From contig BCKZ01000001.1 of NCBI GenBank assembly GCA_001600815.1, positions 540,613 through 604,612 on the forward strand: a DNA stretch of 64,000 nucleotides, read 5' to 3'. The notes under the pieces were generated by a model. It ran no database searches, was not told the DNA's origin, and worked only from the letters and a program-made list of their open reading frames with translations. The DNA comes from Alloascoidea hylecoeti. Its lineage: Eukaryota. Numbering within the stretch: the stretch's first letter is position 1; each line of letters starts with the position of its first letter. Below are positions 44,837 to 55,800 of the stretch, piece after piece. A program made the position numbers and the translations under genes.

Positions 44837-47800
44837 TTATGAATACATCATTTTATTTAGTCCCACAGCTAAAGTTAACCCTAATGTCAGTTGCCAAATA
44901 CCCTTCTTTTGCAGTTCTTTTTTGCAATCATAAATAGTTATCCAACCTAGTTTATCATCACTAGGTGCATCATCTTTTGGATCTGTAATCATCATACCAT
45001 CACCTGGCTGAAAATAATGAACTTCTTCCGATTTCTTATCTTTGATGAAACTTTTAAAACTATTTAAGCTGGATGATGAGCTACGTCTTTTTGGAGTTAA
45101 GATCTCATCTATTTGATTTTCTTCAAAGAAAGAATCAGTTCTTGAATGTCGTCGTCTTTTAACATCCTTTACTAATTTCTTTTTCATTCTTGTTTCTCTT
45201 GGTCTGAATAAACCTAGAATTACACCACTCGAATCATTTGTTGGTTCGAAAAAATAAACGTTTGATTTTTTGATTACCTTTCCTCGGCGTTTGGAAATTT
45301 TAGGGATAGATCCAATAATCCATTGTTTCCCAGTAAAATCTCTTACTTGATATCTTTCAAGACTATATTGAGCAGATGAATCAATGGCTGTACTAATAGG
45401 TGCACCAAATTTAGTAGCTTTTGTAACCCAAGGTTGACTTTTTGTAATTCTACTAAAAGGTTGTTCTTGATCAAATGTATAAATATTTCTAGTTTTAGCA
45501 ACTTCAAAATCGAATAAATCATCATCATCATATTCTGGCTCATCAATCATTTCAACTATAAAAAGATCAGAATCTTGAACTGGATCACTTTTTTTAATAA
45601 TTTGCATAACAGGTTTACTATCAGATTGTTGAATAAATAATAATTTAAAACCATGTCTAGTTTCATTACTTGAATAAGTTTCAACTTGAACACAATATCC
45701 AGGACCAGGACGACAATATAAATGTTGTTGACCAGGATTTGTTGATAAAAATAAATCTTTACCAAGAGTCATAATATGATACTTCCAAAAGTTTTGTTCA
45801 TGATAAATATTTTGTGATGAAATAGAAGCAGCAGTATTTGAACTTTTACGAGTTCTGGTTTTTGAATTTGATCGAAATGATAAACTTGCACTTCTTCTTA
45901 AACTATCATATCTTTTCTTTAATGTATCAGTTTTTGCAATTTTTGTAGTACCAGCTTGAGCTCCATTATCCATTACAGCTAATGTATCATCATTTTTTAA
46001 ACCAAAATAACTGTGTCTATCTCTTCCTCTTCCAGATTGCTCGGTTGCTTTAACACTATCAATACTTCTAAATGAAAAATCCCTAGCTGATGAATCTAAA
46101 CTTCTTCTTGGTTGTGATATCTTTGGAGTTTCAGACATTGAAGCTGGTGAAAAAGCAACATCCTTTGGAAATTTCATTGTATTGAAACTTTCATATTGAA
46201 TGGGTTGTTGGGATTCAGAAGGTCTTACCCTTCTATCATTAGATTTTACGGTAGTCGTAGCTGCTGCAGCCGGTGGTGGGGAAGGTGGGGGCTGCTCTGG
46301 TTGCTGTGGAAGTATTATTTGAAGGCTCTTCCTTTTATCCTCTTGCTGTTGTTGTTGTTGCCTTTCCTGTCGTTTAACTTTATCGTATAATGAACCTTTT
46401 GATTCCAAAGTCTTCAATAAAGGAGATTCAGATTCAGAATCCTCATAATTAAAATCTGAATCAGATTCAGATAATGATTCTCCAGGAACATCCGCACCTT
46501 TATATATAACACTACCTCGTCTATGAATAACAGACCCATCAGTTGAAACGCAACTTTTTAAGGTTCTAGCTAATAATTCATCTGTGGAACAATGTCGTGG
46601 TGGGTGATGAACAACAGTATCATTTCTCTCTAGCTCTGCAGAAAGATTAATATTTGGAAGAGAAGGTTGATTATTATTCTTATTGAGATTAACGTTTGAC
46701 GTTGTATCCCATGATGGGAAATCAATTCTAGAAGGAGATGAACTTTTTTGCTTTAAAATAAGATGATTTTTTGGTGGAGATTGACGTAATTTTCTACTTC
46801 TTAATGGTTGTAATGGTTTAACAGGAGAATCAAATGTTGGCTGATCTTGCATCATAACTTGTCTTGGAGGAGGTGTAGAAGGTGATAGTGATGAAGAGTT
46901 TGAAGAAGATCCTGGAAATTCAACCAAACCATTACCTGGAATTGGAGAATCATTATCACCAAGTGCTTCAACTAAAACTTCTGACATTAATCTTTTTGCA
47001 CTTGCAAGACCATTTTGAATTGCTTCATTATCTGTTGTGTTTGATTTTGGTACAAGAAACTCCCTTGATGTTGACGGATATATAAATTGTGCAGGAGATT
47101 CAGTTAATCTAATTAACGAATCTGATGAGTTTGGAGTAGATACAATTTTTGATGGTGTATTACGAATAGGAGTTGGAGCATATAAATGAGGAGAAGATTT
47201 ATCAGGTAATTTACCTTTAGTTTTAGCAGGTGATATTTCCCTACCAGCTGGTTGATATAATAATGATGAATCATCATCAGTATCAAATGATAGAGAACTA
47301 GCGACAAAACTTGAACTTGAACCTTCATCAACAGTAACTTCTGTCATTTGAGATTGTTGTAATACATCTGCAGTTAATGATTCACCCAAAATATCAGGAT
47401 ATTGAATAGTTGCTTGTTTAACAGTTCCAAAACTACGATTCACGGTTTGAGATTCATCAAAATTATTATTATTATCTGGAGGAGTCAATTTTGGTGGTGA
47501 TTTATTTTTCTCTTTATATCTAAGTTTTGTATAATGTTGATCAAAATTTGAATCCACTGGTGATGTTTTCTTTAATTTTTCAGCCAATTTATCTAAATTA
47601 GTTTTACTATTATTTGCTGAAGGATATGGTTGTAGAACTAATCTATTATCACCATTTGAATTATCATTATTAGCAATACCTGAAGTTGAATTTAAATGAA
47701 GGGTTGCTTTCATATTATTAACAAAACTAACTGTTGAATCATTAATTATTTTAAGTGGTGATGATGAACGTTTTGGTGATGGTGATCTATTTCTATCTTT

Positions 47801-48893
47801 ATTTTTTTCAGGGGATCTTGATCTTCTAAATGGTGAACCGTTTCTAAAAGGTGAACCATTTCTGAAAGGTGATAAATTTCTAAAAGGTGATCGTGATCTT
47901 TTAGATGACGATTGAGGAGGGTTTTCTTGTTCTTGCTGTTGATCAAAATTTCGATCTTTACTTCTACTTCTACTTCTTTCAATAGAGCTTCTATTACCTT
48001 CATATTCTGGTGGGATTAAAGGAACAGTAGGTGGTAATGTTTTTGCTTTATTTTTTTTAAACCATGAAAATCTTTTCTTTTTCTTTTGAGATCCTTGTTC
48101 TTGGGATGAAGTATCATAATCATCTTCTAAAGTTTGAGGATTTGAAGTTGAAGGAGTAGTAGTAGTTGCAGGTGTAACTGTAGATCCAGTGGCAACTCTT
48201 GTAAGAGCTCTATCAAGGGGTGGACTAGGACTATGACTAGGTGTATATGTAGGACTTTGAGAATCTTGATCTCTTTCTTCTTCTTCTCTTTTCTTTTCAT
48301 TTTCTTTAGCAGTTAATTGTTTTTGTCTTTCTTCTTGTAATACACGTTCATTTTCTCTTAATTGTTTTTCATTTTCTTCTTCTTTTTGTTTTTGAAGAAA
48401 CAAAGCTTGTTGTTCACGTTTACGTTCCTGACGTTTTAAATCTTCTTGTTGTTGAAGTTGTTTTTGATTATGCATTTCTTCATCTTTCCATTTAATTTTT
48501 TGATTTCTTTGAATTTCTTCTTCTTTTTCAGATTCTGAATGATTATCAACATTATTATTCATATTCATATTATTATTATAAATTTCATCATCAGAATTTT
48601 GATTTTGATTTTGATATAAAATTTTTTTATCTTTATCTCTTTTCATTTGTTGTTCTTTTTCAAATTCTAAATTTCTTTTATTATCTTCAGCAATTTTTTC
48701 TCTTTCTTTTTGTTCATAATCTTGTTTTTTCATTTCTTTTAAATTTTGTTTTAATTTTAAATCTTTTTGTTTTTGTAATTCAACTTCTTCTTTTGGTCCA
48801 ATTGTTATTGTTAAACTTGGTAAACGAAATTTACTTATTGCTTCAATTATACTTTTTGATTTTCTATGACTTTTTTTAATTTTTTTAGATTTT

Positions 48894-48925
<32 letters not shown>

Positions 48926-49428
48926 GTTGTTGTTGTTGTTGTTAATGTTATTATTATTAGAATATAAAAGTTGTGGTGATGGACTTTTACCATTTAAAGT
49001 TGAATCTGAATTTGAAGTTGAATCTAAATTTTTAAAAACTGGTGGTTTATCTAAATCAGAACTCATATTCATAGGTAATGGAGAATCAGTTGGTTGTTGT
49101 TTTAAAATTCCCTTTGGCATAACTTTTGCAGGTGTATTTGTATTTGTATTTGTATTTGGACTTGCAATTGTATTTAAATTAACTTCTTTATTACTATCAG
49201 ATTGTTCAAGTTGTGATTGTTTATCATCATCTGGATTAGGAAATCTTAATTTTTTATTATTTCTCATTATTGGTGGTTTAGGTGCTGGATAAGTAGGAGC
49301 TTTTAATTCTAAACTTTTTCTTGGGTCAACTGGACCTAATTCAATTTCATTACCATTTTTATCAAATGTTGTTAAATTTGAGTAACGTTTACCTTTATTG
49401 TTGTTATTATTATCATCAATATTAGTAC

Positions 49429-49462
<34 letters not shown>

Positions 49463-50752
49463 GTTACTGGTAGTTGAATTTCTATTTAAATTTAATTTTG
49501 GTAATGGTGGTACATTAGGTCCATATTCATATTTATTCATCCTACTTGGAGAAACGTTATAATCAATATTCGCTACTGAACGATCTCGAGAATGTGAAGG
49601 CATGAATTGTTGTTGTTGATTATTATTATTAATATTATTGTTTTTGTTTGAACTAGAAGGATTTTCGAAATTATCTGGACTAGGGGATGTTTCGTTATAC
49701 GGTAAATGAAAAGCAGTAGGTGGTGATTGAGAATCATTCCGTTGGTTAGTATTATTTATTACGTCTTGTGTCCTAGGAAATGCAAAATTAGGTGAGGTTT
49801 CCAGGTCAACATTATTTGTATTTGGTATACTCTGTGTATCAGTTTCATCATCTTGTTCTTCAGTATCATAATCTTCACCATAATTAATTTCATCTTCAAT
49901 ATGATCATCAGGTACAATGGGGTTAAGGTTTGAATTGGAAGTATAATTTTGATCAAAGTTTAAAGAATGTTTATTGTTTGGAGATGGAATTTGAATTGAT
50001 ATTGGAGATCTTGAAGGTGATCTTGAAATTGAATAATAATCAGTTGCAGCAGTTGCAGTTGAAGTTGAAGAAGGTTTTTTAATTACTCTTGATGAAACAT
50101 AATTATTATCAGAATAAGGAGCATCTTGGGTTATATTTGAATTATAACTAATTGGAGATTGATGTTTAAAAGAAGATAAAGATTGAATAGAATTTTTTTT
50201 TGTTTTAGATTTAGTCGAATTTAAATCGTTTGGTATGGGAGGTTGAGGTAAAGGTTTATTAACATCACTAGATCTTCTTCTATGATGGGTTCTATCATTT
50301 AATTTTTTAGGACCAATAATTACACTTTGATCAGTATATTGAGAGGTAGTGGTTGAAGAAGAATTATTATTGAGACGTCTATATTCTTCAGATGGCCAAA
50401 ATATTTGCTGTTGAGAACCTCCTTTTGATCTTGAAGATGAAACACGTCGCTTATCCTTTTTTTTCTTATTCTTCGATATATTATGAACTCTTAGATCCGA
50501 ATGATTATCATCCCACTCCTTTTCACTGTTCAGTTGTTGCTGTACGGCCATTTCTCTTTCGACCTGTTCAGGATTAATGGTTATAAATTGATATTCGTTT
50601 TCATCAAAGTCGTCGTTTATGGTATGGGCTTTCTGGGGGGCTCTTGAAGACACGGCAGGCGCACCATACCGACGGGGACGGATGCGGGAGGTCAGGTCAG
50701 CATCGGTCGGAGAAGTGTCCTGGACGACAGAGAACCTGGATTCATAGTTCAT
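44837..50752 (-). CDS. Very large (1971 aa), mostly disordered N/Q/S/P-rich protein with a central charged coiled coil and an apparently globular C-terminal domain
   Basis: 5.9-kb uninterrupted ORF. The last ~315 aa (FWKYHIMTLGKDLFLSTNPG...KLGWITIYD...LTLGLTLAVG) have folded-domain composition. Confidence 0.85.
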
Positions 50753-51015
50753 TCTGTTCTTTGCTGAAGTGATAAGTAGTATACGGTGGTAAAAGTGCTG
50801 AATAAATGTAAATATTAATGTAAATGTACTGTTCCAGCCTCGTTATTAATGCCATTTCCTGGTTGCCAGGCGGCACAGCGCAGAGATGCAGAATGCATGT
50901 GTATACAATTACTACATGGAGCAGCATGCAGCAGCATGCAGCAGCCAAACACCCGTCCATTTGCATTGTTGGTTTAACTTCTATTTTCACGGAATTTGTT
51001 TGCTCACTAATATTC

Positions 51016-52703
51016 ATGGCTGACTCTTTGTTTGTTACGGGTGTTGAGGATGCTGTTAGAGACTCAGTCTCGCAGTCAAAGCCTCTGATAGTGTACATCA
51101 CAGGTATGCACTTCACATAACAATACTACTAGCTAGTTACTAACATCAATAATTAGACAACACGTCAAGTTCAAATGAATGGGGAAACAATCATTTTTCA
51201 AATAGTCATCTTCTTGAACTATTATCTGAAAATTCAATCTGTTTGAAATTAATTTCATCAACTAAAGAGTTTGATTTTTTTAAACAATTATTCCCTTCAA
51301 CAAATACTCCAAGTGTTTTCATCATATCAAATGGTCAAGTTTTAGATTTAATTTTTGGTGATATTTCAAAAAACGAATTTGTTGAACGTTTAGATAAAGC
51401 ATTAAAAATTGATGTTAAAAAAGAATTGGAAAAATTACGATTAAAAGAGATTAAAAATGATGATAATTCAAATTCCGGATCTGAGGCTGGTAGTAGTAGT
51501 ATTGTTCAAGCAGATGATGCTCAAACTAGCAATGTCCAAACTAGTGAAGATCCAATACCTCAAGAGCCATTACAATCACAATCAGCGTCTCAGGAAACAA
51601 ATGTAAATGTTAGTTCAATTGCGAATTCGCATGATCAACCCTCCTCGGGTTCCCCGGCACCTACACCTACACCTACACCTACACCTACACCTAAATCTAA
51701 ATCTAAATCTAAACCTACAACACATAAAACATTAAAAGAACAAGCAGCAGAAGCATCAGCACAGAGATATAATGAAGAATTAAAAAAGAAAAAACAACAA
51801 GAGATTGATGAAAGAAAACGAATTTTACGATTGTTAGAATCAGATAAAGAAGAAAGAAAATCAAGATTTGAGAAACATAGAGATGAAAATTCCAATCGAA
51901 ATCAAATCACCAGGAATCACCAAAATCGAAATGTAAGTGAAAATAAGAATAAAAAAGCCAAACCAAACTATGATGAATGTTCACTTGTTATTAGATTATT
52001 AGATGGATCTACTATCAGGAATACATTCAAGGCATCGGATACACTACTTGATATACGCAAATGGGTTGATGATAATAGAACAGATGGCACCAAGCCATAT
52101 GTGTTCCATAGAACCATACCGCGAACAACGTTTGGAATTGTCGATGAAGAAGAGAGTCTGCAGCAGCTCTCGCTGACACCGCGATCAGCGCTGGTCTTGA
52201 AAAGAGCCGGCAGCAGGAATGGGGTTGGGTCGGAGGCAGTTGGGGCTTACGAGCAGAGTGCTGGCGGGTGGGTGTGGGGGATGGTCAGATCCGCCGCCGG
52301 GGCCGTTGCAGGGGTTTTCTACAAGCAGGAGAGCAGTCCGTCGGTGGACGAGTTCCACACCGAGGAGTTCTACAACCGTTTCCGGGAGGAGGTGGAGTCC
52401 GAGGGGGCCGGGGGGGCCGGGGAGACGTCGAAGAAAGGGAAAGGCAAGGAGAAGGACGGCGGCCATCACCTGTCACACAACAAAGAGAAAAACAGCCCGG
52501 TTGTGTCCGGGGCCACGACGCCCATCTACTCCGTTCTGAACGACGACGAGCCGATACCGGCGCTGGGGCTGAGCATCCCGAGCAGCGAGGAGCTGGGGCG
52601 GATCAGGACGCTCCGGGACAGGGACGCGGCGGACGCAGGACAGGACGACGACCGGCTCACGTACAACGGCAACACCGTTAATTTGGAGGACGACAAGAAG
52701 TAG
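51016..52703 (+). CDS. UBX7: UBX-domain Cdc48 cofactor (Ubx7/Ubx6, UBXN4-like); join(51016..51103,51157..52703)
   Basis: N-terminal thioredoxin-like region, ERKRILRLLESDKEERK coil, UBX domain (CSLVIRLLDGSTIRNTF...LTPRSALVLK) and a YNGNTVNLE tail. Intron GTATGC(51104)..TACTAAC..TAG(51156). Confidence 0.85.
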
Positions 52704-52834
52704 CTTAGCAAAACAGGGCGCGTGATTGGCTGGAGATAGTCCCCGCTGCCGTCACGTGCGCGCCCGGGTATAGAAAAGACATTAATTTTTCCTCTTTCAA
52801 GATCAATCGTCGAATTCGAATCGCTTATCGAAAA
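52704..52834 (+). promoter_or_regulatory. Compact 131-bp UBX7-GLT1 spacer with a reverse CCAAT box, GTCACGTG and a TATA-like element
   Basis: ATTGG at 52725-52729, GTCACGTG at 52751-52758, TATAGAA at 52769. Confidence 0.55.
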
Positions 52835-55800
52835 ATGAGTGCCAGTACTACCGATCTTGATGGTGCCCCGTATTCCTACGACGAGACCCCCGAAAACACG
52901 TCCTGGGCCCACGCTCTGCCCGTCAAACAGGGCTTGTATGATCCAGAGTACGAGAAGGATGCCTGTGGAGTCGGCTTCTCCTGTCACATCAAAGGAACTG
53001 TCTCCCACAAAATCGTCTCCGATGCTAGATATTTGCTATGTAACATGACTCACCGAGGTGCCGTGGGGTCCGATGCCAGGGACGGTGATGGTGCCGGCGT
53101 GATGACTTCAATCCCCCATCTGTTCATGAAAAAAGAGTTTGAAAGGGAAATTGACTTTAAACTACCCCCATTGGGCCAATATGCCGTTGGCAATATCTTT
53201 TTCAAAAATGATAATGACGTCTTAAATCAATCCCGTATAACTTTTGAACAAATCGCCAAAAGTTTAGATTTAAGAGTTTTAGGTTGGAGATATGTGCCAA
53301 GGGACTCCTCAATCCTAGGTCCTGCGGCCTTATCTAGAGAACCCTTGATCTTACAACCAATTGTCGTTTTGGAAGCAAGTTATGGTAACTCTAATTCTCC
53401 CATAGAATCCTATAGCGATGAACAATTTGAAGAAAAATTTGAAAAATTATTTGAGAGACAATTATATATTTTAAGAAAACAATCAACCCACACAATTGGC
53501 CTACATAATTGGTTTTATATTTGTTCTTTATCAAATAAAAATATCGTTTATAAAGGTCAATTAGTACCTGCTCAAGTTTATAATTATTATTTTGATTTAA
53601 ATAATGTTGATTATGAAGCCCATTTTGCTTTAGTTCATTCAAGATTTTCAACAAATACTTTCCCATCTTGGGATAGAGCTCAACCTTTACGTTGGGCTGC
53701 TCATAATGGAGAAATTAATACTTTACGTGGGAATAAAAATTGGATGAGAGCACGTGAAGGTGTCATGAGTTCAAAACTATTTGGTGATGAATTAGATAAA
53801 TTATATCCAATTATTGAAGAAGGTGGGTCTGATTCTGCTGCTTTTGATAATATTTTAGAATTATTGGTAATTAATGGTGTTTTATCAATGCCTGAAGCAA
53901 TCATGTTATTGGTTCCTGAAGCATGGCAAAATAATCCAAATATGGATCCTAAAAAAAGAGCTTTTTATGAATGGGCTGCTTGTTTGATGGAACCATGGGA
54001 TGGTCCTGCTTTATTCACTTTTGCTGATGGTAGATATTGTGGTGCAAATTTAGATCGAAATGGCTTACGCCCATGTCGTTATTATGTAACTGATGATGAT
54101 CGAATGATTTGTGGGTCCGAAGTTGGTGTTATTCATATTGAACCTGATAAAATTATTAAAAAAGGTAGATTAAGACCTGGTAGAATGTTACTTGTTGATA
54201 CAAAAGAAGGTAGAATCGTTGATGATAGAGAATTAAAACAAAAAGTTTCAAAAAGATTTGATTTTAAAACTTGGAGTGCTGGTAATTTAATTACAATGGA
54301 TGAATTATTTAAAAAATTAAATTCAAGAGGTTTATCAAAAGAATCTTTGAATCCAATTTTAAAATTTAATACTATTCAATCTGATCCAAGATTAATTGCT
54401 TTTAGTTATTCTTTTGAAGAATTATCTTTATTATTAGTTCCAATGGGTACTGATGGTAAAGAAGCTTTAGGTTCAATGGGTAATGATGGTCCTTTAGCTT
54501 GTCTTGCTGAACAACCTCGTTTAATTTATGATTATTTTAGACAATTATTTGCTCAAGTTACAAATCCTCCAATTGATCCAATTAGAGAAAGTATTGTAAT
54601 GTCTTTAGAATGTTATATTGGTCCCCAAGGTAATTTATTAGAAATGAAACCAACTCAATGTAATCGTTTATTATTACCATCTCCTGTTTTATCAATGCAA
54701 GAATTTAATGCAATTAATAATATTTCAACTGTTTATCCAACTTGGACAATTACAACAATTGATATTACTTTTGAAAAAACTGAAGGTTTAAAAGGTTATA
54801 CAAATGCTTTAAATAGAATATGTCAAGAAGCAAGTCAAGCAATTATTGATGAAAGAAAAATTATCATATTATCTGATAGAAACACTGATTTAAATCATAT
54901 ACCCGTTTCTGCTTTAATTGCTTCTGGTGCTGTTCATCATCATTTAGTAAGACAAAAACAAAGATCTAAAGTTGCAATTATTGTTGAAACTGCTGAAGCA
55001 AAAGAAGTTCATCATATTTGTGTATTGGTTGGTTATGGTGCTGATGCTATAAATCCTTATTTAGCTTTGGAAACTTTAATTCAAATGAATCATGAAGGAT
55101 TAATTAAAAAAAAAATTTCAAATGATGAAATTGTTGATAATTATAAACATTCTGTTGATGGTGGTATATTAAAAGTAATGTCAAAAATGGGTATTTCAAC
55201 TTTAGCTTCTTATAAAGGTGCTCAAATATTTGAAGCTTTAGGTATTGATAATAGTGTTATTGATCGTTGTTTTGCTGGTACTGCTTCAAGAATTAAAGGT
55301 ATTACTTTTGAATATATTGCTCAAGATGCTTTTAGTATGCATGAACGTGGATTCCCAACTCGTGAAACTATTAAACCAATTGGTTTACCTGAAACTGGTG
55401 AATATCATTGGAGAGATGGCGGTGATCCTCATGTTAATGAACCAAGTGCAATTGCAAATATGCAAGATGCTGTAAGGAATAAGAATGAAAAAGCTTATGA
55501 TGCATATTCTAAAAAAGAATATGAAGCAATTAAAAATTGTACTTTACGTGGTTTATTAGATTTTAATTTTGAAGATTCAAAACCTGTACCAATTGAACAA
55601 GTTGAACCATGGACTGAAATTGTTAGAAGATTTGTTACTGGTGCAATGTCTTATGGTTCAATTTCAATGGAAGCTCATTCAACTTTAGCTGTTGCAATGA
55701 ATAGATTAGGTGGTAAATCAAATACAGGTGAAGGTGGTGAAGATCCAGAACGTTCTTATGTTAATGAAGATGGTGATACAATGAGATCTGCAATTAAACA

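Noticed and set aside
52185..53048. Several 60-160 aa ORFs on both strands around the UBX7/GLT1 junction
   Set aside because: GC-island artefacts overlapping well-supported genes.
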